Shown here: piece after piece, positions 8,968 through 19,339 of the stretch
Layout: each line of letters begins with the position of its first letter
How positions within the stretch are numbered: the stretch's first letter is position 1
Source of the DNA: an uncultured Hyphomicrobiales bacterium
GTDB taxonomy: Bacteria > Bacteroidota > Ignavibacteria > Kapaibacteriales > UBA2268
NCBI GenBank assembly: GCA_964645005.1
Contig: CAZXYS010000010.1
Coordinates: 10,709 to 74,708, forward strand
Reading direction: 5' to 3'
Length of the DNA stretch: 64,000 nucleotides
Made by a program: the position numbers and the translations under genes
The notes under the pieces: model-generated
The model's input: the letters and a program-made list of their open reading frames with translations, nothing else
Database searches by the model: none
What the model was told of the DNA's origin: nothing

Positions 8968-11385
8968 ATGAGAAAATTAATATTAATATTGATGTTGTTC
9001 GGCATAATTCCCGCCGCAGCCCAGAAGTTAAACATCGAGACTGAGTCGGGTACAGATCAATATGATCTGAATACTATCCTTAAGTTCAAGGAGATCAGTA
9101 TCGAACCGGAAATTACATCGATAAATCCTGAAAGCGGCGCCGTAGGTGATGAAGTCATAATTGCAGGCAAGAATTTCGGCGATCAGCGCGGTAACAGCTA
9201 TGTTGATTTCAATGGGACGCAGGCTGAGGAGTATCCAGGCTGGTCTGATACGGAAATAGTAACTAAAGTGCCTGAAGGCGTTGCGACAGGGAAAGTAAAA
9301 GCTATTATTAATGGCAGAGAAAGCAACGGCGTTAATTTTGTAGTGGTGCAAAGCAAGACTGATCCGGTGATAACTTCAGTCTCGCCTGAACATGCAGCTA
9401 TAGGCGAAGAGATAATTCTCTATGGCAAGAATTTCGGTGACAGCCGGAATGGCAGCAAGGTCAAAATTAATGAACTTGAAGTTACCGAGATCTTAAGCTG
9501 GACGGATACTGAGATTCATTTGATTGTGCCGGAAGATGCAACTACAGGCGTTATAATTGTGACAGTCAATGGCGTTGCCAGCAACGAAGCAGATTTCATA
9601 GTCGAAGCCAAGCTTGCCTCAATATTTCCCGCAAAGGGAGGTGTAGGCGACACTGTGACTATCTCCGGGCAGGGCTTCGGTGCCAGCCAGAGTGAAACGT
9701 CCGGCACTGTTACATATAACCTCGTACCGGCAGGAATCGCATCATGGTCGAATAGTCAGATCAAGAGCCTTGTCCCGCGGGGTGTGCCGCCCGGTCAGGC
9801 GAATATAGCGGTAACGGTTTACGGCATTAAAAGCAACGAAATACCTTTTACAATCCAGCCCAAAATTGATTCGATTGTGCCAATTGCTGCCGCTGTTGGC
9901 GATGAAATTGAGATCTACGGGACTAATTTCACCGAGGACAGCCGATGGGTTAGTTTTAATGGTAAACAAACGACTGAGTTTATTGAATGGACGGATACTT
10001 TGATCACGCTCGCAGTGCCTGAAAAGGCGGAGACCGGACCTGTCAAATTGATGGCTAATGGTATAGAAAGTAAGGAAGCTGATTTCACTGTAAAACCGGG
10101 GATAACTTCAACAGATAAAGACAGCGTAGCAGTTGGCGATGAGTTGACCATAACCGGCACTAACTTTGGCTTCAAGAAGCAGACCGTTAAATTCAATAAC
10201 AAGGAAGCCCAAAATATATCGCGATGGGTGGATCAGGAGATAAAAGCCGAAGTCCCGCCAAAAACGAAAACAGGAAAAGTCACAGTCATAGTCAATGGAC
10301 TGGAAAGTAACGGCAAGAAATTTATTATGGTGCCGAATATAACCAGTACTGAACCTGAAACAGCCCCGATAGGAGATGATTTAACCATTAAAGGAACAAC
10401 TTTCGGAGATCAGGAAGGCGCGGTATACTTCGGTGATATAAAAGCGAGACGGATAAATTCGTGGAGTGATACGGAAATTGATGTGGAGGTTCCCAGCGGC
10501 TGCGAAACAGGCGATATAAAAGTCTGGATAACCGAAAATATCTGGAGCAAGGGTTATCATTTCAAGGTCTCGCCGAAGATAACCTCCGTCAATCCGCCCA
10601 AAGCGCCGGAAACGGTGGAGATAAAGATTGAAGGCAGAAGTTTCCACGATGAGCAGGATGGCGGCAAGATATCTTTTAACGGCAGAGTGACTACCGATGT
10701 GGTGAGCTGGAGTGATACGCTGATAGTCGTAGAAGTGCCGTCGGGAGCAAATTCGGGAGATCTGACAGTTACTGTCGATGGTATTGAGAGCAATGCGTAT
10801 GACTTTGAAGTTTATGATTTTGATGTAGTGAAGATTGGCGAGCAGGTCTGGATGAAGAAAAATATTAACAAAGGTGTCATGCTGAATCAAGGAGAAGATC
10901 CAACTCCTGACGATGTTGTGGAAAAGTTTTGTGTCGATGATGATCCATCCAATTGCAATAAATACGGAGCCCTGTATAGCTGGGAAGAAGCAATGGATTA
11001 TTTCCTAATGGAAGGCTCACAGGGTATTTGTCCTGAAGGCTGGCATGTGCCAACCGATGAAGACTGGAAAGAATTGGAAATGGCTCTTGGAATGTCCGAA
11101 TCCGAGGCAAATCAATTGAATTTTAGAGGTGATGGGATAGGAACTAAGATGAAAGCTGGCGGCAGCAGCGGTCTCGACCTGACATTAGCGGGATACGCCT
11201 ATGGCGACGACTACTCCGGGCTTGTTGATACGGTTGGTTATTACTGGTCGTCCAGTACATATTCCGGTCCTGCAAAATATGCCCGCCAAATCAGGTATGA
11301 TAAAACTCAGGTTGCTCGGATTTATAGGTCTTATGAGAAAAATTATTATATTTGTCTTCGCTGTATAATGAATAAGGAGGATTGA
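8968..11385 (+). CDS. Secreted protein with ~7 IPT/TIG repeats and C-terminal FISUMP (Fib_succ_major)-like domain
   Basis: Repeats 'ITS..P....GD.I.I.G.NFG...WSDTEI...VP'. 'VKIGEQVWMKKNI...YGALYSW...ICPEGWHVPTDEDW...YYWSSS...LRCI'. Alternative GTG start at 8959. Confidence 0.85.
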   Translation: MRKLILILMLFGIIPAAAQKLNIETESGTDQYDLNTILKFKEISIEPEITSINPESGAVGDEVIIAGKNFGDQRGNSYVDFNGTQAEEYPGWSDTEIVTKVPEGVATGKVKAIINGRESNGVNFVVVQSKTDPVITSVSPEHAAIGEEIILYGKNFGDSRNGSKVKINELEVTEILSWTDTEIHLIVPEDATTGVIIVTVNGVASNEADFIVEAKLASIFPAKGGVGDTVTISGQGFGASQSETSGTVTYNLVPAGIASWSNSQIKSLVPRGVPPGQANIAVTVYGIKSNEIPFTIQPKIDSIVPIAAAVGDEIEIYGTNFTEDSRWVSFNGKQTTEFIEWTDTLITLAVPEKAETGPVKLMANGIESKEADFTVKPGITSTDKDSVAVGDELTITGTNFGFKKQTVKFNNKEAQNISRWVDQEIKAEVPPKTKTGKVTVIVNGLESNGKKFIMVPNITSTEPETAPIGDDLTIKGTTFGDQEGAVYFGDIKARRINSWSDTEIDVEVPSGCETGDIKVWITENIWSKGYHFKVSPKITSVNPPKAPETVEIKIEGRSFHDEQDGGKISFNGRVTTDVVSWSDTLIVVEVPSGANSGDLTVTVDGIESNAYDFEVYDFDVVKIGEQVWMKKNINKGVMLNQGEDPTPDDVVEKFCVDDDPSNCNKYGALYSWEEAMDYFLMEGSQGICPEGWHVPTDEDWKELEMALGMSESEANQLNFRGDGIGTKMKAGGSSGLDLTLAGYAYGDDYSGLVDTVGYYWSSSTYSGPAKYARQIRYDKTQVARIYRSYEKNYYICLRCIMNKED

Positions 11386-11404
11386 GATTCGGAAATAAGA
11401 AAAT

Positions 11405-12112
11405 TCATTCAACAATTTCGAGCAGTTCTACTTCGAATATCAGTGTAGAGCCCGGCGGAATTCTGTTTCCTATTTTTCTGTCTCCATAAGCCAGATCTGA
11501 TGGGATGAAAATTTTCCATTTACTGCCTTCCTTCATCATTTGCAGGGCTTCCGTCCAGCCCGGTATTACGCCGCCGGCATTGAATTCAGCAGGTTCGCCG
11601 CGCTCGATGGAACTGTCAAAAACTGTCCCGTCAATCAAGGTGCCGTGATAATGCACTTTCACGGCGCTATTTTCCTGAGGGCTGTCGCCAGTGCCTTCTT
11701 TAAGGATCTTGTATTGCAAACCCGATTCGGTTACATGGACGCTGTCCTTTTTGGCATTCTCGGCGAGGAATTCCCGTCCCTTTTTCTTATATTCGACGGC
11801 TTCGGCTTCTTCTTTCCGGCGCTGCTTTTCTTTCATAACCGAGTCGAATCGGTTCATAATTTCGCGTGTTTCCTGATTGGTGAAGAGCCTGTCGGATTCG
11901 TCACCGTGCATAGCATCAAGGATTCCGCGCTTAATTACTTCAACATTAAAATTCAGGGAGTCACTCTTAAAGCCGTATCCCCACTGATACCCAATGATAT
12001 AAGCCGCCGAGTCCTCGAAAGTTTTCAGTTCCGGTTTTGCATCCTGCGCAAAAACCGGAACTGTAAATACTATGCAAATTAATACTGTTAAAAGTTTTAA
12101 AAACTTATTCAT
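11405..12112 (-). CDS. FKBP-type peptidyl-prolyl isomerase (Mip/FklB/FkpA-like), secreted
   Basis: [44 protein letters not shown]; signal peptide. Alternative start 12127. Confidence 0.9.
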   Translation of the reverse strand: MNKFLKLLTVLICIVFTVPVFAQDAKPELKTFEDSAAYIIGYQWGYGFKSDSLNFNVEVIKRGILDAMHGDESDRLFTNQETREIMNRFDSVMKEKQRRKEEAEAVEYKKKGREFLAENAKKDSVHVTESGLQYKILKEGTGDSPQENSAVKVHYHGTLIDGTVFDSSIERGEPAEFNAGGVIPGWTEALQMMKEGSKWKIFIPSDLAYGDRKIGNRIPPGSTLIFEVELLEIVE

Positions 12113-12123
12113 TTTATTCCCTA

Positions 12124-12912
12124 TCATTGCTGTTCGTTAACCTCTAACAATTCCACTTCAAAGATTAAAGTAGAATTAGGAGGTATCTGTTGTCCCTGTC
12201 CTCTGGGACCGTATGCAAGGTCCGAAGGAATAAACAGCTTCCATTTGGCGCCTTCTTTCATCAATTGCAGCGCTTCGGTCCATCCGGGAATAACTCTGTT
12301 TACAGGAAATTCAGCCGGTTGACCGCGATCATAGGAACTGTCAAAAGTATCTCCATTGACCAAAGTGCCTTTGTAATGTACTTTCACTTTGTCGGTTTCA
12401 TCAGGGCTTTTGCCTGTGCCGGGTTTAAGGATTTTATACTGTAAACCACTCTCAGTAACCTTAACACCTTCTTTTTGCTTATTTTGGGCAAGAAAGGCTT
12501 CTCCCTTTTTCTTATTTGCAGCAGCGTCGCCCTGTCCTTGCTGCTGTTGCTGCTGTTGCTGCTGTTGCTGTTGTTGCTGCTGTTGCTGCTGCTGTTGTTG
12601 TCCTGTCTGTCTTTTAGCCATCAGCTCCTGTTGGAACTTCTGCATGACCTCCTGAAGTTCTTGCTGGGTCAATTTTGTTCCGGTTGTATCGCCGGCTATA
12701 GCGTCTTCAACTCCCTGTGCCAATACTGCGGGATCCAAATTCAATGAATCTTTCTTGATTTGCCTTCCGACATTCAATCCCCATTGCATACCAATTGAAT
12801 ATGCAACCGAATCTTCCTGAGACTTCAATTGAATATCTTTCTCTTTCTTTTCCTGGGAACAGGCTGCCAGACCTGGTATCAATAATAGAATTATCATTAT
12901 CCTTGCTAACAT
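12124..12912 (-). CDS. FKBP-type peptidyl-prolyl isomerase, lipoprotein, with Q21 tract
   Basis: Lipobox LAAC, FKBP_N and FKBP_C motifs, polyQ at 12538-12600. Confidence 0.9.
   Translation of the reverse strand: MLARIMIILLLIPGLAACSQEKKEKDIQLKSQEDSVAYSIGMQWGLNVGRQIKKDSLNLDPAVLAQGVEDAIAGDTTGTKLTQQELQEVMQKFQQELMAKRQTGQQQQQQQQQQQQQQQQQQQQQGQGDAAANKKKGEAFLAQNKQKEGVKVTESGLQYKILKPGTGKSPDETDKVKVHYKGTLVNGDTFDSSYDRGQPAEFPVNRVIPGWTEALQLMKEGAKWKLFIPSDLAYGPRGQGQQIPPNSTLIFEVELLEVNEQQ
12538..12600 (-). repeat. Coding CAG/CAA trinucleotide repeat (21 Gln)
   Basis: 21 consecutive CTG/TTG triplets on the + strand. Confidence 0.95.
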
Positions 12913-12964
12913 ATAAACTCCTTGATTTTGAATAAAATATTCTTTTTCTCGAAAAAATAATAAT

Positions 12965-12972
12965 CAAAAATA
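12965..12972 (-). promoter_or_regulatory. TAnnTTTG -7 promoter element for the FKBP pair
   Basis: TATTTTTG on the minus strand ~50 nt upstream of start 12912. Confidence 0.45.
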
Positions 12973-13054
12973 TGAATAATTTACAGGATTTTCCAAATAA
13001 AAATAAAATTTACGTTTAAGATGAGATCCTCCCATGAATGCGGAGACTTGAAAA

Positions 13055-13184
13055 CGTCATTCTGAGTGCAACGAAGAATCCGGTTTTGACGGGCATTCTG
13101 GATTCTTCACTCCACCCTGCTGAATCAGGATTTTGCTTCGCTCAACTTTGTACCGTTCAGAACGACGATTTTTGAGACAGCCTC
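13055..13184. repeat. REP-like palindromic element (GTCATTCTGAG family)
   Basis: CGTCATTCTGA..TCAGAACGACG and GAAGAATCC..GGATTCTTC inverted repeats. Ends TTTTGAGACAGCCTC, like the 4337-4499 element. Confidence 0.6.
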
Positions 13185-13194
13185 AAAATATATC

Positions 13195-13239
13195 ATTCGT
13201 GCCAATTCGTGAAATTCGTGCCAATTCGTGAAATTCGTG
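13195..13239. repeat. Short tandem repeat of ATTCGTG units
   Basis: Five ATTCGTG cores: (ATTCGTGCCAATTCGTGAA)x2 plus ATTCGTG. Confidence 0.85.
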
Positions 13240-13242
13240 TCT

Positions 13243-15324
13243 CTATGCATCCGGTTTCTCCATCATTTTATCAGCAGCTTTATCCGCAGCTTCCACCAGA
13301 GGTTCGATCGATATACCTTTGCCGACGGCGCCTTCCATCCAGTATTTCGGAAGAATATCCCCCTGCTTCAACATGCGTATCATTTCTTTTGCCAGATTTT
13401 TATCTTTAATATGTTTTTCAATCTGAAATTCAATTAGATTTCCTATAGGATAGGCAGGCAGATACAGAGGATAATCGATCATGTGCGAATATATCGCCAG
13501 TATCGGTTGATCTTTTACGCCGAATATCTCCGCATAATAATCATTCCAGATATTTTCGGCAATTTCAATAACTTTATTTTTTAGTTCTCCAGGTGCGGCT
13601 TTTGGGTTCTCGTAGAGCCACTTCCAGACTCGCATATCAACAAGAGATACTCCCATGATCTCGTAAGCCGACCAGAAATTGTCCAGCGCACGCAATGCTT
13701 CTTCATTCGGATTCTGCTGGCTTATTCCCAGTAATTCAAGATCGCGCTTTTGGAAAATGAACGCCCAGGCTTCAGTGAATGCAGTATTTGGGACTCCGTT
13801 CAGCATGTAGTAATCAACGTCATGGAGAGTGGTGGTCTGCTCAACATTATGCCCGAATTCATGGATAGCGATGTTGTAGCCTTTGTAATCCATGCCTTTT
13901 TCGCCTATGCGAGTACGGAGATGAGAATTAGCCGATCTCATTTCTGCTCCGGCAGCATGACCGGCGCCGCGTGAAGGCTCAACTTCGATCTTCGACATAA
14001 GAAATTCCGCTTTGTTGGAACTAAAGCCAAGCTGCCTGAGAATGCGCGGCATATCTTCCTTGAAGGACTGAGGATCGGGGTATTTTGTACGAGTCATCTT
14101 ATTGAGTTTTTCCTGATCCATTCCGCTGCGTGCTTTGAAACCGTCATACCAGATATCAAAAGGCTGCAAGTCTCTGTCCAGTCTCTGTTTTATGAGAGCG
14201 CCAACTTTCTTAGCAGCCGGCGACGAAAGTAATCCTGTGAATAATTCCTCAACTTTATCATAAGGAATTTCAAATTGCTTATCGAATCTCCTGTCAACGT
14301 AGGTGTCAAAATCGGGATAGTATTCATCAATCTTTTTCTTAGCTTCGAAATTTTTGAGAATATGCTTGTATCTGCTATTCGGTTCCGGTTTGAATTCTAC
14401 TTTTTCGCCTTCTTTATAAACTTCGTTCTTATAAGGATTCCATTGATATTTGTCGGAATCGATCATTGTTTCCGGTATCTCCTGGGTAATTATCCGCTTC
14501 ATTGCTTCATAAATAAGCTTTTGCTTTTTCAGGGCATCCACATTCCCGTACTCGGATTTTATCTGATCGCGCAGATTCCAGTGGCTTATCAGCTTCAGAT
14601 CCTTTGGAAAATAGGTTTGCCCTTCATTATCTTGCAAATAGCCGACGTAGATGTTATAATTATTGATATATTCATCAGCTTCGGTCATTACACGGCTTTC
14701 TTCAGATAGAAGTTCCGCCGGTACGCGCGAGGTATATAAGTCCCCAGCTCTGGCGTAAGCCCATTGTTTTCTTGACCATTCACCTCCGTTTTCGATCTTC
14801 TCGTCAAGAGAATAGTGTGGGAAGTTCAGCAGTACGATGAAGGCTATTTTATTTTTAAAAAAATCTTCTGTCAGGTGAGAGTAAGGATTATACGCGGCAT
14901 AGATCTTATCTATATCCAGAAGATCATATCCGGTCAGGTCCACAGGTTTTTCGAGCTGCAAATCTATTTGGTGCAGATGACCGTATATGGTTTCCAGATT
15001 ATCGGATATTCTCTTGAAAACCTTATCGAGTTCTTTCTCATCAATGACAAATTTTTCTACACAGAATTTGACGAACTTTTCCTTAGTACCGTCATCGACT
15101 GTCCAGAACGAAGCTGCCTGCTGGACACCTCTTTCGATGCGGAACTTGTTTTCCTCGCCATATTTAGCTAATAACGAATCAATCGCTTCATTCCGTGTTT
15201 TCTCGCCTATATAATCCATCTTTGATTCTCCTTTGGTTGGCTTTTCGGCAACATCAGCTTCTTTCCTGCTTGTACATGCCGTTGCTATAATTAAAATAAC
15301 AAATAAATAAATGATCGATTTCAT
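13243..15324 (-). CDS. Lipoprotein, putative gluzincin (M2/M3-like) zinc metallopeptidase
   Basis: Lipobox ATAC; HEFGH plus downstream NTAFTEA (third ligand Glu). Confidence 0.65.
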   Translation of the reverse strand: MKSIIYLFVILIIATACTSRKEADVAEKPTKGESKMDYIGEKTRNEAIDSLLAKYGEENKFRIERGVQQAASFWTVDDGTKEKFVKFCVEKFVIDEKELDKVFKRISDNLETIYGHLHQIDLQLEKPVDLTGYDLLDIDKIYAAYNPYSHLTEDFFKNKIAFIVLLNFPHYSLDEKIENGGEWSRKQWAYARAGDLYTSRVPAELLSEESRVMTEADEYINNYNIYVGYLQDNEGQTYFPKDLKLISHWNLRDQIKSEYGNVDALKKQKLIYEAMKRIITQEIPETMIDSDKYQWNPYKNEVYKEGEKVEFKPEPNSRYKHILKNFEAKKKIDEYYPDFDTYVDRRFDKQFEIPYDKVEELFTGLLSSPAAKKVGALIKQRLDRDLQPFDIWYDGFKARSGMDQEKLNKMTRTKYPDPQSFKEDMPRILRQLGFSSNKAEFLMSKIEVEPSRGAGHAAGAEMRSANSHLRTRIGEKGMDYKGYNIAIHEFGHNVEQTTTLHDVDYYMLNGVPNTAFTEAWAFIFQKRDLELLGISQQNPNEEALRALDNFWSAYEIMGVSLVDMRVWKWLYENPKAAPGELKNKVIEIAENIWNDYYAEIFGVKDQPILAIYSHMIDYPLYLPAYPIGNLIEFQIEKHIKDKNLAKEMIRMLKQGDILPKYWMEGAVGKGISIEPLVEAADKAADKMMEKPDA

Positions 15325-15682
15325 TTTTTTCCCCTATCAATTATTATAAAATTTCAATTTACGAATTGCTAAATATAAGAGAATTTGGAAAAATATAAAA
15401 CAAATAGACTATATTGACTTGTGTATATATATTAATATCAAATTAACTCTTAAAATTTGGCAACTCATTTCCGCACTATGGAATTTAATGTAACATACTA
15501 TTTTTAAAGTTCCTTAACCGATTTTCATGTTACAATCATTATAAGCTTTTTCTCCTTTAAAAAATTGTTTTCAAAACTCTATACTATCATTAATTTATAA
15601 AATCCCTAAACCAACTCTTAGAATACGGCTTGATTTAAGGATGTCATAAGTAATCAAAATCAGATTGTCAAAATAAACAACG

Positions 15683-16447
15683 TTAATCGACACATAGGAG
15701 TGCAGTTTTTCTTATAAGATTGCCGGAATTACTAATGAATCTTATTTCACAGTAATACAATCCTGCTGAAAGCCGCTTTCCGTTATTTTGAATGGTTTCC
15801 CATACTATGGAATGGGCTCCGGCTGACTTATATTCATTTTCCTTTAGCGCAGCTATAGTCTTGCCTATATCACTGAATATTTTCATTGATATTTCTCCAT
15901 CTTCAGGAAGATTATAAGTAATCATTGCATTTTCACTGACAGGATTTGGAATAATGTTTATCTTAAGTTCAGAGGAAATTGAGTTATCCGCTATGCCATC
16001 CGGTCTGGAGCCAATGGCAAACCATTTGGGAAAAACAGCTTCGACTATATATCCAATCGACTCGTCCGAGGAAGCAATTTTTGTATTATCCATCGGTACT
16101 TTATAAATGTTAAATTGCTGATCGTTTTCAATAAATGCATGAAAAATTATATTTTTATCATCACTCGAATAGCAGGGATAGCCTGAGTAAAAGTCTTCGG
16201 CTGAGAAATAGATGATGTAATTTAGCTCACCGGAATACAGATTCACTTCCATGACGTAATGTAATTTATTGTTATCATCGAAGATATCAAAGGCTATTAT
16301 GTTGTTGTTTGTCTGTGCAAAAGTGGGATTACCTGCATTTATGCCGATATCCATCGGTGGAAGTATAGCGTATATAACTTCGCTTTCGACATCAATAATA
16401 TTGAAATTCCAGTAATATTCGGTTTCTCCATACGAATTTTTGAATTC
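15683..16447 (-). pseudogene. 5'-truncated remnant of a T9SS cargo (TolB-like repeats and CTD)
   Basis: Frame is open ~31 codons upstream of ATG 16354 with no start codon or signal peptide. Intact CTD 'IIPNPVS...LSAGLYYCEI'. Confidence 0.6.
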
Positions 16448-16605
16448 TTAGTACTAAATAAACGCAAGTACAGCATAAATTTAAATTTTATTTCAATTAA
16501 AATTCAAAAAATCTTTTATAAATGAAACGAAATCGCTTTTAATTTGTTAATATAATATAAGGATTAACAATTTTTAAAATTATTAATAAATTTTTGGAGA
16601 GAACT

Positions 16606-19122
16606 ATGAAAAATCTAATTACTGTTTTTATCATTGCGGCACTCTTTATTGGGTTGAATTATGCCGGTCTGGCTCAACAGCCCGATCCGAAACCACCGAC
16701 AAATGTTGCTGCCAATACCGTTAAAACTGACGACGGATATTTAGCTGTCGAATTGACCTGGAAACTCAATGACGAAGGAGATACGCCTGATTATTTCTAT
16801 ATTTACATTGCGCATCGTAAAACAGAAGACCTTAACAAATTTCAAAAGTATCAGAAAGTACCTTACAGGGAAAATTCCAAAGAGTTGCAATATGTGATAA
16901 GACAATTAAAAAGCGGTGATTATTCTTTTTACATATCATCAGTGATCTTTCAAAATGGTCAGGCTTTTGAGAGTGATCCTTCAGATATTGTGCATGTGAC
17001 GCTTGATCAGCCGCCACAAGAGGAATATGTTAAGATAATTTCCACACCTAATTATCAAGGTTACGTTGGAAAAGAATATGTCTATCAGCTAAAAACCAAA
17101 TCCAATGTAAGATGTCCTGTACTATACAAGCTAATTGACGTTCCGGAGGGCATGAAGATTGATGAATCAGGTAAAATTACATGGACTCCGAAACAAGAAG
17201 GCTCGTACAGCGTAACAGTAAAAGCATATCTTGACTGTGCCAAGGATATCCATGATATTCAGACATATAAAATCAGAGTTTCTGAAGGTAATGACAATAA
17301 AGGCTGGGTAAAGATTAAATCAAAGCCTAAGACCTACGGACATGTTGGCGAACCGTACAGTTATCAGTTAATGGCAGAGTCAAACGTCAAATGCCCGATC
17401 CTCTTCAAATTAATTCATGGAACTGACGGAATGGAAATCGACAAGAATCGGGGTCTCTTAAAGTGGGTGCCGCAAAAACCCGGAAAATATGAAATCGCAG
17501 TTAAAGCATATCTTGAATGCCATCCCGATATTCATACTGTACAGAAATGGGTTGTCGAAGTGAAAGGAGAACATCCACCCGATCCCTGCGCTGTGATATC
17601 AGGCACTATAACAGATCCGGACGGGAATCCCGTGCCGGAGGGTATAGTTACTGCCTGGTCTTTGAAAGATAAGGTTCCCCCGATTCGAACTGAGTTCAGA
17701 CAAGGACATTTCGCGCTTAATGTTCCGGAAGGCGTATATGCGGTACAATTCGAAGCTCCTGGATTTGTAACTGAATTCTATGATGATGTCCGTTCAATTC
17801 AAGGCGCTGCTCAGTTAGATGTAAAATGTGAGCATGATTATTCATTAAAAGCGGAATTGGAAAAAATACCTGAGCATGAATTTTTCAAAGTTTCCGGGCA
17901 TGTAACCGATGAAAGCGGCGATCCCGTATGGGCTATGATATATATGATGCCTATGCACTGGAACCAGGGCAGGAGCGATAACGAAAGATATAAAAAGGTG
18001 TTTGTCGGGACTACTGATGAAAATGGTTTCTATGAAGTGGAAGTGCCGGGTTCACATACCTATATAGCTCTTGCGAAACCTAAAATGAACAGTGGATACC
18101 TGCATCAGTTCTATAAGGGTAAAGACAACCAGATGGAAGCCGACCTTATTCCTGTAGAGGGAGATGTTGAAGGTATCAATTTCAAACTTAAGGAAGAAAT
18201 GCATTACGATAATGGTTTTTCGGGGATCATTGAAACTGTTGGCGGCAACAGACTTGAAGCTATTGTCATACTTAATCTTATCAAAGCCGCCGATGGCAGC
18301 GAAATCAAATTCACTCGAACTGTCGAAACTGACGCTCAGGGTACTTTCACATTCAAGAATCTAATTCCGGGCGATTATGTTATGCTGTCCATACCCAAGA
18401 ACAGGGATTTCATTCCCGGTTACTACAGAAATAACGGACTTGTCGTACAGAACTGGCAGGACGCAACACAGATTGGTGTTGGAGAAACAGTGATGAATGA
18501 TCTGTTCAAGTGTCAGCATCAGGCTTACGAAGACAGATTCGGACCTGCACAGCTTAAAGGAAAGATAGTAGCGGAGAATGACTATATCAAATCCGGCAGT
18601 GACAATCCTTTGAGCACAAATTCGGTTCCCGGAGTTTTTGTTTATATCACTGATGAAAATGATAATATCGTTGATTACGCTTTTACCGACCGGAACGGTG
18701 ATTTTTCCATTAATCAGATTGAAGCCGGTATATATACTCTTCACACTGATAAAGTAGGATATACTCCTTCTTCCAGGGTAGTAGAGACCGACTATAAAGA
18801 GAAAGCCAGCGTTGATGTGAATATAACCATCACCCCGGATCAGGCTACATCAGTAGATGAACAAGTAGCCGAAAGCGGTGTATCGGTTTATCCGTCACCA
18901 GCCAATCTATTCACAAATATCGAATTTGATGGCAAGACCGGCAAAGCAAACATCTCTGTAGTAAACAGTCTCGGAACCAAAGTTATGACAAAAATGGTCG
19001 CTGTTGATAAAGGGTTCAATCGCATTTCTATAAGTACTGTTGATCTCTCTCAAGGCGTTTACTACGTGAAAATAATCAATGAAGGCAAAGTTTATTCAAC
19101 TAAATTCACGGTAATGAAATAA
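16606..19122 (+). CDS. Secreted T9SS cargo: Fn3-like, two cadherin/Ig-like repeats, carboxypeptidase-regulatory-like domains, CTD
   Basis: Signal peptide. Duplicated 'G.VG..Y.YQL...PEGM.ID..G...W.P...G.Y...VKAYL.C'. 'VYPSPAN...GVYYVKI...KFTVMK'. Confidence 0.85.
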   Translation: MKNLITVFIIAALFIGLNYAGLAQQPDPKPPTNVAANTVKTDDGYLAVELTWKLNDEGDTPDYFYIYIAHRKTEDLNKFQKYQKVPYRENSKELQYVIRQLKSGDYSFYISSVIFQNGQAFESDPSDIVHVTLDQPPQEEYVKIISTPNYQGYVGKEYVYQLKTKSNVRCPVLYKLIDVPEGMKIDESGKITWTPKQEGSYSVTVKAYLDCAKDIHDIQTYKIRVSEGNDNKGWVKIKSKPKTYGHVGEPYSYQLMAESNVKCPILFKLIHGTDGMEIDKNRGLLKWVPQKPGKYEIAVKAYLECHPDIHTVQKWVVEVKGEHPPDPCAVISGTITDPDGNPVPEGIVTAWSLKDKVPPIRTEFRQGHFALNVPEGVYAVQFEAPGFVTEFYDDVRSIQGAAQLDVKCEHDYSLKAELEKIPEHEFFKVSGHVTDESGDPVWAMIYMMPMHWNQGRSDNERYKKVFVGTTDENGFYEVEVPGSHTYIALAKPKMNSGYLHQFYKGKDNQMEADLIPVEGDVEGINFKLKEEMHYDNGFSGIIETVGGNRLEAIVILNLIKAADGSEIKFTRTVETDAQGTFTFKNLIPGDYVMLSIPKNRDFIPGYYRNNGLVVQNWQDATQIGVGETVMNDLFKCQHQAYEDRFGPAQLKGKIVAENDYIKSGSDNPLSTNSVPGVFVYITDENDNIVDYAFTDRNGDFSINQIEAGIYTLHTDKVGYTPSSRVVETDYKEKASVDVNITITPDQATSVDEQVAESGVSVYPSPANLFTNIEFDGKTGKANISVVNSLGTKVMTKMVAVDKGFNRISISTVDLSQGVYYVKIINEGKVYSTKFTVMK

Positions 19123-19148
19123 GTTTTAGTCGGAGTAGATTATGACTT

Positions 19149-19179
19149 AAAGCCGGAGTAATTTAGCTCCGGCTTTTTT
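19149..19179 (+). terminator. Rho-independent terminator
   Basis: AAAGCCGGAG-loop-CTCCGGCTTT followed by a T-run. Confidence 0.8.
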
Positions 19180-19339
19180 GTATAAAAAAATGCAGACCGA
19201 TAATAATCAGACTGCATTTAATGAAATTATATTATTTCCTGACCTTAAGTCTTTGGTCTTTAAAATCCCTGCGCAATTAAAGCATTATTTAAAAGATGCT
19301 AAATTATTTGTGAGAGAATTATTAGAAAAAAGCAGATTC

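Noticed and set aside
11200..11385. FISUMP C-terminus as a diversity-generating retroelement variable region
   Set aside because: No second near-identical template copy and no reverse transcriptase were seen in the window; a remote DGR cannot be excluded.
12389..12747. Poly-Cys and poly-Leu ORFs
   Set aside because: Alternative-frame readings of the polyQ tract.
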